A DNA stretch of 64,000 nt. It comes from Candidatus Latescibacterota bacterium. GTDB taxonomy: Bacteria > Latescibacterota > UBA2968 > UBA8231. The notes under the pieces are model-generated. The model had not been told where the DNA came from and did no database searches. It saw only the letters and a list, made by a program, of their open reading frames with translations. The position numbers and the translations under genes are program-made. This document shows, piece by piece, positions 1-12,990 of this stretch (position 1 is the stretch's first letter; the number at the start of each line of letters is the position of its first letter). The stretch is taken from positions 192,001 through 256,000 of the forward strand of contig CBDCSU010000006.1 in the NCBI GenBank assembly GCA_965221775.1, given 5' to 3'.

Positions 1-359
1 AGGTGCACCTCGCCTTCGGCAATGTCGACGGCGACCCGTTCCTGATGGCGGCGCGCTTCGGGGACCGCCCGAACCTGCACCTCCACGGGGCCGAGCGGGC
101 GGAGCTGGAGCTGGGGGATCGCCGGGTCGCCGTGCAGCACTACCCCGCCCTGGCGCGGGGGCTCGCCCTCACGGGGGAGTACGATGCCGTGTTCTTCGGG
201 CATGACCACGACCAGCGCGCCGAAGTCCTGACCGCCGGGGAGCGCCGGGTGCTGCTCGCCAACCCCGGGACCCTGGCGGCCATGGGCAAGCCGCAGACCT
301 TCCTGCTCTACGAGACCGGGGACAACAGCGTGGAGCGGTTCGAGGTGGACCGGCTCTAG
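1..359 (+). CDS. Metallophosphoesterase (YfcE/calcineurin-like family), 5'-truncated by the window edge
   Basis: Motifs GNxD (FGNVDG), HYP, GHxH (FFGHDH) and NPG in the C-terminal part; convergent with the Rrf2 gene, 4-bp stop overlap. Confidence 0.8.
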   Translation, partial: VHLAFGNVDGDPFLMAARFGDRPNLHLHGAERAELELGDRRVAVQHYPALARGLALTGEYDAVFFGHDHDQRAEVLTAGERRVLLANPGTLAAMGKPQTFLLYETGDNSVERFEVDRL

Positions 360-835
360 GAGATCTCGACCTGCAGCAGGGCGCCGGGTTCCTCCGCCCG
401 GGACGCTTCAACGCCGTGGGCGGCATCGAGCAGGTCCTGCAGGCTGGTGCGCGACAGGACGCCGTCCACCGCCTCCTGCACCCGCATCCAGAGGCCGCGG
501 ATCGAGCAGTCCACGGGGGTGTGGCAGCAACTCTCCTCGGCGCCGGTGAAGTGGTCGCAGAAGGTAGGGTCGTAGAGGGGCCCCCCGAGGGCGGCCACGA
601 CCTCGGCCACGGCGATCTGCGAGGCCGGGCGGGCGAGGCTGTAGCCGCCGTGCTGGCCGCGCTCGCTGTCGACGAGGCCGCTGCGCCGGAGGGTGGCGAG
701 GTAGCGGGCGGCGTTGTGGGGCGACAGGCCCTCGGCCTCGGCGATCTCCGGGATCGTGGCGCTGCGGCCGGGGGGGCGGCGAGCCACCTGCAGCAGGCAG
801 CGCAGTCCGTACTCCTCCTGGGCGCTCAGTTTCAT
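356..835 (-). CDS. Rrf2-family transcriptional regulator (IscR/SufR-like, probable Fe-S sensor)
   Basis: MKLSAQEEYGLRCL start, SERGQHGGYSLARP wing motif, Cys-rich C-terminal segment (FCDH...SCCH...DCSIR); last gene of the suf operon. Confidence 0.9.
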   Translation of the reverse strand: MKLSAQEEYGLRCLLQVARRPPGRSATIPEIAEAEGLSPHNAARYLATLRRSGLVDSERGQHGGYSLARPASQIAVAEVVAALGGPLYDPTFCDHFTGAEESCCHTPVDCSIRGLWMRVQEAVDGVLSRTSLQDLLDAAHGVEASRAEEPGALLQVEIS

Positions 836-836
836 C

Positions 837-1196
837 CTACATCATCCCGAGCTGCAGCTTGGCCGCCTCGGACATGCGGTCGATGCTCCACGGCGGGTCC
901 CAGGTGACGTCGACCTGGGAGTCGTCCACCTCCGGCACCTCCTCCAGCACCTTGCGCTGCACCTCGCCGGGCAGGGTGCCGGCCACCGGGCAGGCCGGCG
1001 AGGTGAGGGTCATGGTGACGTGGACCTTGCGGCCCCCTTCCTCCTCCTCTTCCACGTCGACGGCGTAGATCAGGCCGAGCTCGTAGATGTCGACGGGGAT
1101 CTCGGGGTCGTAGCAGGTCTTGAGGACGTCGACGACCTTGGCCGCGACGCTGCCGGGCGGGTGTTCCTGGGGTTCGGTCGGTTCCACGTTGCTCAC
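837..1196 (-). CDS. sufT: DUF59 Fe-S cluster assembly factor
   Basis: DPEIPVDIYELGLIY, MTLTSPACP and WDPPWS motifs; GTG start at 1196 overlaps the sufU stop (the ORF-track start is too far upstream). Confidence 0.9.
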   Translation of the reverse strand: MSNVEPTEPQEHPPGSVAAKVVDVLKTCYDPEIPVDIYELGLIYAVDVEEEEEGGRKVHVTMTLTSPACPVAGTLPGEVQRKVLEEVPEVDDSQVDVTWDPPWSIDRMSEAAKLQLGMM

Positions 1197-1651
1197 TCCG
1201 TCGTGACCGGCTCGGCGGCGTCGCCGTCGAGGGCGGATTTCATGGCATGCCAGGCCAGGGTGGCGCACTTGACCCGCATGGGGAACTCGCGGACGCCGGC
1301 GAAGACGGCGAGCTTGCCGGCCTTCACCGGATCGACAGGCTCGGAGACGTCCGCCGTGACCAGCTCGAGAAAGCTCGCGAAGGCGGCCTTCGCCTCCTCG
1401 ACGCTGCGGCCCTTCAACTGCTGGGTCATGAGCGAGGCCGAGGCCTTGGAGATGGCGCACCCGTAGCCTTCGAAGCGGATCTCCTCGATCACCCCCTCGT
1501 CGCCGAGTAGGAGATGCACATGGAGGTGGTCTCCGCAGAGCGGGTTGTAGCCCTCCTGGCGGCGGTTGGCGTTCTGCAGGGGGCCGAAGTTCCGCGGGCT
1601 GCGGTTGTGGTCGAGGATGACCTGCTGATACAGCTCGCGCAGCTCGGTCAC
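1193..1651 (-). CDS. sufU: SUF system NifU-family sulfur-transfer protein
   Basis: LYQQVILDH, GYNPLCGD, GCAISKAS, RVKCATLAWH motifs; GTG at 1651 overlaps the sufS stop. Confidence 0.95.
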   Translation of the reverse strand: MTELRELYQQVILDHNRSPRNFGPLQNANRRQEGYNPLCGDHLHVHLLLGDEGVIEEIRFEGYGCAISKASASLMTQQLKGRSVEEAKAAFASFLELVTADVSEPVDPVKAGKLAVFAGVREFPMRVKCATLAWHAMKSALDGDAAEPVTTE

Positions 1652-2922
1652 GACGCGCCTCCCATCACCGCATCCACCTGGCGCAGGGCCTCGACCAGCA
1701 GGTCGATCTCGCCGGGGGTGTTGTAGAAGGCCAGGGAGGCCCGGGTCATGGCGGGCACGCCGAAGCGGGCCATCAGGGGCTGGGCGCAGTGGTGGCCGGT
1801 GCGCACGGCCACGCCCTCGGCGTCGAGGATGGTGCCGATGTCGTGGGGATGGGCGCCGTCGAGGGCGAAGGAGAGGACCGGGACCTTGGGCCGGGCCTCG
1901 CCGAAGAGGCGCAGGCCCTCGACCTCGGCGAGCTGTTCCGAGGCGTGGGCGAGCAGGTCCTCCTCGTGCGCGGAGACGCGCTCCATGCCGAGGCCGTTGA
2001 GGTAGTCCACGGCGGCGGCCAGGCCCACGGCGCCGGCGATGTTCGGGGTGCCGGCCTCGAAGCGGGCCGGCGGCTCGGCCCAGGTCGTGCCCTCGAAGGA
2101 GACGGACCGGATCATGGAGCCGCCGCCCTCGTAGGGAGCCATGCCCTCGAGCAGCTCGCGGCGGCCGTAGAGGATGCCGATCCCCGTGGGCGCGAACAGC
2201 TTGTGCCCCGAGAGGGCGTAGAAGTCGCAGCCCAGGGCCTGCACGTCCACCGGCAGGTGGGGCGCGCCCTGGGCGCCGTCGACGAAGACCACGGCGCCGT
2301 ACTCGTGGGCCAGCTCGCAGATGCGGCGCACGGGGTTGACGGTGCCGAGGACGTTGGAGGCGTGGGTCACGGCCACGAGGCGGGTGCGCGGCGACAGGCG
2401 GTCGGCGAAGGCGGCCAGGTCGAGCTCGCCGTCGTCGGTGACGGGCGCCACCTTCAGGCGGGCCCCCGTGGCCTCGCACAGCATCTGCCAGGGGACGATG
2501 TTGGAGTGGTGCTCCATGTGGGTGACGAGGATCTCGTCCCCCTCGCCCAGGCGCGACCTGCCGTACCCGTGGGCGACGAGGTTGGCGGCCTCCGTCGTGC
2601 CCCGGCAGAACACGACCTCGGCGCTCTCGGCGGCGTTGACGAAGGTGGCCAGCCGGCCGCGGGCCCGCTCGTAGGAGAACGTGGCCTGCTGGCTGAGGAA
2701 GTGGACGCCGCGGTGGATGTTGGCGTTCTCCTCCTCGTAGTAGCGCTCCACCGCGTCGATCACCGGCCTCGGCTTCTGGGTGGTGGCGGCGTTGTCGAGG
2801 TAGACCAGCGCCCGGCCGCGCACCGCCCGGCCGAGGATCGGGAAGTCCCGCCGGACGGCGTCGACGTCGAGGGCCCCCTCGTCGCGGCCGGGGGCGGTCA
2901 TCACCGGCTGGGGGGCGGTCAC
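1648..2922 (-). CDS. sufS: Cysteine desulfurase, SufS family
   Basis: VYLDNAATTQKP, EHHSNIVPWQ, PLP lysine in SGHK, RTGHHCAQP; GTG at 2922 overlaps the sufD stop (ATG at 2901 is an alternative start). Confidence 0.95.
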   Translation of the reverse strand: MTAPQPVMTAPGRDEGALDVDAVRRDFPILGRAVRGRALVYLDNAATTQKPRPVIDAVERYYEEENANIHRGVHFLSQQATFSYERARGRLATFVNAAESAEVVFCRGTTEAANLVAHGYGRSRLGEGDEILVTHMEHHSNIVPWQMLCEATGARLKVAPVTDDGELDLAAFADRLSPRTRLVAVTHASNVLGTVNPVRRICELAHEYGAVVFVDGAQGAPHLPVDVQALGCDFYALSGHKLFAPTGIGILYGRRELLEGMAPYEGGGSMIRSVSFEGTTWAEPPARFEAGTPNIAGAVGLAAAVDYLNGLGMERVSAHEEDLLAHASEQLAEVEGLRLFGEARPKVPVLSFALDGAHPHDIGTILDAEGVAVRTGHHCAQPLMARFGVPAMTRASLAFYNTPGEIDLLVEALRQVDAVMGGAS

Positions 2923-4274
2923 AGGGTCTCCTCCTCGGCCAGGACCTCGTCCACGCGCCGGGAAACCAGGGCCTCCACGTGGGCCCGCAACCCCTCGTGG
3001 GTGACGCGCTCCACCAGCTCGCCGGCGAAGGCGCGGGTGAGGACGCGCCGGGCCTCGGCCAGCCCCACGCCGCGGGAGCGCAGGTAGAACAGGGCCCCCG
3101 CGTCGAGCTGACCGGTGGTCGATCCGTGGCTGCAGCGGACGTCGTCGGCGTAGATCTCCAGCTGCGGCTTGGAGGTCACCTGGGCGTCGTCGGAGAGCAG
3201 CAGGTTCTGGTTGGACTGGAAGGCGTCGGTCTTCTGGGCGGCCTGGTGGACGTGGATCTTGCCGCGGAAGACGCCCTGCGCCCGGCCGCCGAGGATCCCC
3301 TTGTAGAGCTCGTGGCTGCTGCAGTTCGGGGCGGCGTGCTCGATGGTGGTGTAGTTGTCCACCAGCTCCCGGCCGCGGGGCAGGAACAGGCCGTTGAGGG
3401 TCGAGTCGATGCCCTCGCCGTCGATGAGGGTGGTCACGTCCTCGCGCACGGCCCGCCCGCTGAGGCAGAGGGTGTGGGCCGTGAAGCGGGCCTCGGCGGC
3501 CTCCTTCACGTGGAGGGTGCCGGCGTGGCAGGCCGCCTCCCCGTGGAGATGGACCCGGCCGTACTCGACGGCGGCGCCGGGGCCGACGGAGATCTCGGTC
3601 ACCGGGGCCGCCAGGCGGCCGTCGCCGCCGCCGGTGCCGGTGCCGGCGAAGGTCTCGATCAGGGTGACCCGGCTGTTGGCGCCGGTGGCCACGATGGTGC
3701 GCGGTGTCGTCAGGCCCTGGCCGCTGGCCGCGTGCAGGACCTGGATCGGCGCCTCCACGGCGGTATCCGCCGGCACGGAGATGAAGGCGCCGTCGCGCAC
3801 GAAGGCGGTGCCGAGGGCGGCGAAGCTCTCGTCGAGGTCGAGGGTGTGGGCCCCCAGGTCGTCGAGCCCGTCCCACTCCCCGGGCCCCAGCTCTCCGAGG
3901 GAGCGCACCTGCACCCCGCCGGGAAGGTCGCCGGCCCGGGACAGGTCCGGGGCGAAGCAGCCGTCGACGAAGACGAGCACCGGGCCGTCGACGCCGGCGG
4001 CCAGCAGGGGCCGCACCTCGGCGGCGGTCAGGGGGCCGGGCTCGGCCACCGGGGCGAAGAAGGTGTGGGTCAGGGGCGCCGGGTTGGTGTGCGACCAGGC
4101 CTCGTACCGGGAGGTCGGCAGGCCGATGTCGGCGACGCGGGCGATCGCCGCCCGGCGGCGGGCGTGCAGCCGGCCGCCGGCGGCGCCGTTCAGGGAACGC
4201 TCGAAGCCCTCGAAGGCGGCGACATAGGCGTCGACGACGGCGGCCGGGCCGCGGCGGGTATCCTCTGCGCTCAT
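2919..4274 (-). CDS. sufD: Fe-S cluster assembly protein SufD
   Basis: KPQLEIYADDVRCSHGSTTG and FYLRSRG motifs; operon context. Confidence 0.95.
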   Translation of the reverse strand: MSAEDTRRGPAAVVDAYVAAFEGFERSLNGAAGGRLHARRRAAIARVADIGLPTSRYEAWSHTNPAPLTHTFFAPVAEPGPLTAAEVRPLLAAGVDGPVLVFVDGCFAPDLSRAGDLPGGVQVRSLGELGPGEWDGLDDLGAHTLDLDESFAALGTAFVRDGAFISVPADTAVEAPIQVLHAASGQGLTTPRTIVATGANSRVTLIETFAGTGTGGGDGRLAAPVTEISVGPGAAVEYGRVHLHGEAACHAGTLHVKEAAEARFTAHTLCLSGRAVREDVTTLIDGEGIDSTLNGLFLPRGRELVDNYTTIEHAAPNCSSHELYKGILGGRAQGVFRGKIHVHQAAQKTDAFQSNQNLLLSDDAQVTSKPQLEIYADDVRCSHGSTTGQLDAGALFYLRSRGVGLAEARRVLTRAFAGELVERVTHEGLRAHVEALVSRRVDEVLAEEETL

Positions 4275-4278
4275 CGGC

Positions 4279-5040
<762 letters not shown>

Positions 5041-5048
5041 TTGGTTGT

Positions 5049-5237
5049 TCTCCTGGTGGGCGTCGGGCGTGGGCCCTTCGGCGCGGTACGCCGGTTTTCG
5101 TCAGTTTTGCTTTGCCTTCAGTTGTTCTGCAGTGCTTGCGAGCCTCGCCTGCGGCGAGTCTCGCGGTCCTTCAAACCTGGGTGCGTGGGTCTGCCGGCGT
5201 AATGCGCCTGCGGGCCCACGCCCGACGCCATCGGAGA
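5049..5237. repeat. Long imperfect inverted repeat / structured intergenic element between sufB and sufC
   Basis: 5059-5094 is the reverse complement of 5194-5229 at 31 of 36 positions; pairing extends with bulges to TCTCC (5049-5053) and GGAGA (5233-5237); an inner hairpin sits at about 5137-5164. Confidence 0.75.
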
Positions 5238-5422
5238 CCCGGACTCGGCGCCTCGACCGCGGGTAGCCACTCCGCGAAGGGCCTCACGCCGGTCCCGGCT
5301 TCGAGGAGGGGAACAGCGGCTGCCTCCTCTTGCGGGACCTTCTTGGGCGCCAGTTCGCTGCGCTCACGGCGCCGGGTTGCAGCGGCGGCCCAAGGCGCTT
5401 GTGGAGCACCCACGGCAGCGCC

Positions 5423-7996
<2,574 letters not shown>

Positions 7997-8015
7997 GTGG
8001 TCCTATCTGTTTGCT

Positions 8016-8089
8016 TTACAGGAAGTTGCAGGCCGGGGACGCGATCCCCGTCAAGGGAATCTAAGAATCTTGCAGGAAACTGCAAGATT
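8016..8089. promoter_or_regulatory. Putative tandem operator sites upstream of the suf operon
   Basis: Perfect palindrome AATCTTGCAG-N4-CTGCAAGATT at 8066-8089 and a 12/16 match of its core (TTACAGGAAGTTGCAG) at 8016-8031; a minus-strand TTGACG hexamer (8049-8054) lies between them. Confidence 0.55.
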
Positions 8090-8103
8090 GGAGCGGAGGG
8101 TTC

Positions 8104-9020
8104 TCAGCCGATGCGCCGGCGGCGCACGAGATAGCGGCTCAGGGCGGCGTCGAAGGGGGTCGCCGTGTCGATCGGGACGTAGTCGACGCCGGCCTCGGCG
8201 CAACCGCGGCGGTAGCGGGCCAGCAGGGACTCCACGTGGGCGCGGTAGCTCTCCTGCACGTGCCACGGCTGGGTGACGATCGAGCCCCCCTCGGCGTCCT
8301 CCATGTCGACGAAGCGGGTCTCCGACCGGCGGAACTCCAGGTCGACCTCCCTCGGGTCGAGGACCTGCAGGGCCAGCACCTCGTGGCCGCGGTGGCGCAG
8401 GTGGCGCAGGCCCCCGAGGACCTCATCGGGACTGTCCAGCAGGTCGGAGAGGACGACCACGAGGCCGCGCCGCGACAGCCGCTCGGCGAGGTCGTGGAGG
8501 CCGGGGGCCAGGGTGGTCTCGGCGGCGGGCTCGGCGCCCGAGAGCTGGCGCAGCAGCACGTTGAGGTGGCTGCCCACCGAGCGCGGCGGCACCAGCGATA
8601 GCAGGCCCCCGCGCAGCAGGGCCAGGCCCACGGCGTCGCGCTGGCGCAGCATCAGGTAGGCCAGGGCCGCCGCCAGGCAGCAGGCGTAGCGGAACTTGCT
8701 GACCCGGTCCGAGTCGGCGAAGGCCATGGAGCCGCTCGCGTCGACGGCGAGGCAGGCCTTGAGGTTGGTCTCCTCCTCGTAGCGCTTCACGTACAGGCGG
8801 TCGGTCCGGGCCAGCGCCTTCCAGTCGAGGTCGCGCAGGGGGTCGCCGGGCATGTACGGCCGGTGCTCGGAGAACTCCACGGAGAAGCCGTGATAGGGGG
8901 AGCGGTGCAGGCCGGTGATGAACCCCTCGACCACGAGGCGGGCGATCAGGTCGAGGCGGCCCAGGCGCGAGGCGGTCTCGGGATCCAGGTACCCCGTGAG
9001 CCCGCCGGCGGCGCTCTCCG

Positions 9021-9024
<4 letters not shown>
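8104..9024 (-). CDS. DUF58 domain protein (MoxR-associated)
   Basis: GLHRSPYHGFSVEFSEHRPYMPGD, DWKA, YVKRYEEETN, DASGSM motifs. Confidence 0.92.
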
Positions 9025-10010
<986 letters not shown>

Positions 10011-10027
10011 TCAGAGTCTCCTTGGGA

Positions 10028-11293
10028 TCACGTCTTGCGCTGCTTCTTCCGGGCCGCCGGGAACAGGACGTTGTTCAGGATCAGCCGGTACCCCGGGGAT
10101 GTGGGATGGAGGGAGAGCTGCGTCGGGGGGTCGCCCACGTGATGCTTGTGGTCCTCGGGGTCGTGGCCGCCGTAGAAGGTGACCGTGCCGCGCCCCACCT
10201 GGCCGTGGATGTACTTGACGATGTCGGTGCCCTCCACCTCGGCCAGGACCACCACGTGGTCCTTGATCAGGTGCCGGTGGAAGGCGGTGGTCTGGCCGAG
10301 GAAGCCGTCGACGACGCTCGTGTGGCACTGGGTGAGCATGGTCGGCACCGGGTCGTGGCGGGCGGAGAACTCGAAGAGGGTGAAGTACTCGGCTTCGGGA
10401 GTGCGGATGAGGCGCGCGTCTCTCGGTGTCGTGTCGATGTCGGAGTGCTCGTAGACCAGCGGATTGGTGACGATGGTGAAGTCCTCGAAGGCGACGCAGC
10501 GGCTGTAGTCGAGGGCCTCCTGGGCGCCGGGGTCGATGCCGTCGCCGTCGAAGACGGAGTGGGCGATGTCGACGCCGTCGGCGGCGAGGGCGATGTCGAA
10601 GGTGTCGGTGGCCGAGCACATGGCGAAGAGGAAGCCGCCGCCGGCGACGTACTCGCGGATGCGGCGGGCCACCGCCTTCTTCTGCTCCGACACCTTGGCG
10701 AAGCCGAGGCTGCGCGCCTGGGCCTCGTAGAGCCGCTGCTGGCCGCGGTACCAGGCCTCGTTGCGGAAGCTGGCCCAGAACTTGCCGTACTGGCCGGTGA
10801 AGTCCTCGTGGTGCAGGTGCAGCCAGTCGAAGTCCTGGAGGCGGCCGGCCAGCACCTCCTCGTCCCACAGCTTCTCGTAGTCGATGCCGGCGAACTCCAG
10901 GGCCAGGGTCACGGCGTCGTCCCAGGGCTGCTTGTTGGGGGGGGTGTAGACGGCGATGCGCGGCGCCTTCTCCAGCCGCACCACGTCCATGTTGGCGCCC
11001 TCGATCTCCGAGTAGACCCGGGCCATGTCGGCCTCGGAGATCGTCTGCACCGTGACCCCCCGGATGCGCGCCTCGCGGGCGATCAGGTCGTGGGCCTCGA
11101 CGGCGAAGGAGCCGCCGCGGTAGTTGAGGAGCCACTCCACGTCGATGCCGCGCTCCAGGACCCAGAACGCGAGGCCGTAGGCCTTGAGGTGCTGCTGCTG
11201 GGTCAGATCCATCGGCACCAGCAGCCGCTCGGCCCCGCCGGGGGCCGCGCCCAGCAGCCACAGGGCGCACGCCAGGCGGAGGAGGCCCTTCAT
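10028..11293 (-). CDS. Exported conserved hypothetical protein (family often auto-annotated 'asparagine synthetase B' in Bacteroidota-like genomes)
   Basis: Signal peptide MKGLLRLACALWLLGAAPGGA; motifs HLKAYG, WLLNYRGGSF, PWDDAVTL, DWLHLHHEDFTGQYGKF, GFLFAMCSATD, GYRLILNNVLFPAA; ATG at 11293 overlaps the upstream stop. Confidence 0.75.
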   Translation of the reverse strand: MKGLLRLACALWLLGAAPGGAERLLVPMDLTQQQHLKAYGLAFWVLERGIDVEWLLNYRGGSFAVEAHDLIAREARIRGVTVQTISEADMARVYSEIEGANMDVVRLEKAPRIAVYTPPNKQPWDDAVTLALEFAGIDYEKLWDEEVLAGRLQDFDWLHLHHEDFTGQYGKFWASFRNEAWYRGQQRLYEAQARSLGFAKVSEQKKAVARRIREYVAGGGFLFAMCSATDTFDIALAADGVDIAHSVFDGDGIDPGAQEALDYSRCVAFEDFTIVTNPLVYEHSDIDTTPRDARLIRTPEAEYFTLFEFSARHDPVPTMLTQCHTSVVDGFLGQTTAFHRHLIKDHVVVLAEVEGTDIVKYIHGQVGRGTVTFYGGHDPEDHKHHVGDPPTQLSLHPTSPGYRLILNNVLFPAARKKQRKT

Positions 11294-12990
11294 CCGCTGG
11301 GCTCCAGCAGCCGCCGCAGCTCCTCGATGCGGCGCCGGATCTCCGGGGCCCGCGAGTCCTCGGGCGAGGCCAGCAGCGTCTGCTCGTAGAGGCGCAGGGC
11401 CTCCCCCGCCTCGCCGAGGCCTTCGAGCACCCGCGCCCGCCCCATGGAGGCGGTGACGGCGGCGCGGCTGCGGTCCTCGGCGGCCGATCCCGCCTCGACG
11501 TACAGGGCCAGGGCCCGCACCGGGTCGCGGTCCTCCAGGTCGCGGGCGCGCTCGAGGCGGACCGCCTGCCTCAGGGCCGCGGGCGCCTCGGTGAGCAGCC
11601 ACCGCCACTCCGCCTCGGCCTCCTGCGTCCGCTGCTGGCGCTGGCGCAGCCGCGCCCGGGCGAGCACGGCCAGGGCCTCCGGCTGGTGGCCGAACTCCTC
11701 CAGGAGCAGCAGCAGGGCGAGGGCGTCGTTGGCCAGCGGATCGGAGGGCGAGGCGGTGACCATCGAGTCGACGAGGGCCTCGGCGTGCTCGAAGTCGCCC
11801 TGGTAGAAGGCGACGAGCCCCAGGTGGTAGGCGGCCTCGGCGCGGCCTCCTTCGAGGGCGGCCAGCCGCCTCAGCTCGCGGCGCGCCGCCGGCAGGTCGT
11901 CGAGGAGGATGTGGCACTCGGCCCGCAGGTCGAGCCAGCGGCGCTGCAGGTCGGGGGTGACGGCGCGCCTCTCGAGGGTGGACAAGGTCTCCATCGCCTC
12001 CGCCGCCGTGCCGTGGCCCCCGGCCTGGAGACGGGCGGCGCGCAGCAGCGCCTCCGCCGCCTCGGCGCGGCGGGGATGACCGGCGGCCAGTCGCGTGTAG
12101 AGTTCGACGGCGCCGTCGCCGTCGCCGAGGACCTCGCGCATCTCCGCCTGCTTGAGCAGCGACCGGTAGCGCTGCGCCGAGTCGCCTCCGTGGGCGGCGA
12201 TCAGGGCATACGCCTCGGCGGCGGCGGCGGCATCGCCGCGGGCCTCGCAGCGGGAGGCGAAGGAGTAGAGGGCCTGCAGCGCCCCCTCCTCGGGGAGGGC
12301 CCGCCCCAGGGCCCGCACGCCCCGCCCGGGGCGCCCGGTCTCCAGGGAGGCGGCCGCCGCGAGTCTCGCCGCCAGGACGCGGGTCTCGCCCTCGGCCCGG
12401 GCCAGGGCGTCCTCGGCGGCCCGGAGATACCCCTGCCCGGGATCCCCCGGTTCCTGCCCCTCCCCCGAGCCGCCGCGGACCATGTCGGCGATGCGGTTCT
12501 CCACCAGGGGGAGCCGCCAGGGGTGCTGGCGCAGGAACTCGAGGTGCGCCGCCAGGACCTCCTCGAAGCGGTCCAGCCGCAGGGCCAGCTCCGCCCGCTC
12601 CCAGGGGAAGGGGTCGTCGCCGTCGACCCGCCGCGCGCCCTCCCGGAGGACGGCCAGGGCCTCTTCGACGTGGCCCAGACCGGCCATGCGCGCGCTCACC
12701 GAACGGTAGCGCTCGAGGTCCGGGGACAGCTCCTCCAGCATCCGGGTCCAGACCTCGACCGCCGCGGCGGGGCGGCCGGCCTCGGCGAGGACCTCGCCCA
12801 GGACCAGGCGGGCCTCCTCGTCCCGGGGATGGTCGTCGATCCAGCCGGCCAGCAGCTCGGCCGCCTCCTGGAACCGCGAGGCCTGGCGCAGTTCGGAGAC
12901 GGAGCCGTGGATCTGCGGCCACGACGCCTGGCCGGCGGCGGCGGCGGGCAGCCACAGCAGGGCCGCGGCGAGGGCGGCGGCGCGGCTCAC
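11290..12990 (-). CDS. Exported tetratricopeptide-repeat protein
   Basis: GTG start overlapping the upstream stop, signal peptide, multiple TPR-like helical repeats (AEAAYHLGLVAFYQGDFEHA, SDPLANDAL). Confidence 0.75.
   Translation of the reverse strand: MSRAAALAAALLWLPAAAAGQASWPQIHGSVSELRQASRFQEAAELLAGWIDDHPRDEEARLVLGEVLAEAGRPAAAVEVWTRMLEELSPDLERYRSVSARMAGLGHVEEALAVLREGARRVDGDDPFPWERAELALRLDRFEEVLAAHLEFLRQHPWRLPLVENRIADMVRGGSGEGQEPGDPGQGYLRAAEDALARAEGETRVLAARLAAAASLETGRPGRGVRALGRALPEEGALQALYSFASRCEARGDAAAAAEAYALIAAHGGDSAQRYRSLLKQAEMREVLGDGDGAVELYTRLAAGHPRRAEAAEALLRAARLQAGGHGTAAEAMETLSTLERRAVTPDLQRRWLDLRAECHILLDDLPAARRELRRLAALEGGRAEAAYHLGLVAFYQGDFEHAEALVDSMVTASPSDPLANDALALLLLLEEFGHQPEALAVLARARLRQRQQRTQEAEAEWRWLLTEAPAALRQAVRLERARDLEDRDPVRALALYVEAGSAAEDRSRAAVTASMGRARVLEGLGEAGEALRLYEQTLLASPEDSRAPEIRRRIEELRRLLEPSG

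Noticed and set aside
5171-5413. 80-aa minus-strand ORF between sufB and sufC; PFAEWL faintly recalls RelE/HigB-like addiction-module toxins
   Set aside because: The similarity is only a few residues, there is no antitoxin partner, and the ORF overlaps the inverted-repeat structure. At most a decayed remnant.
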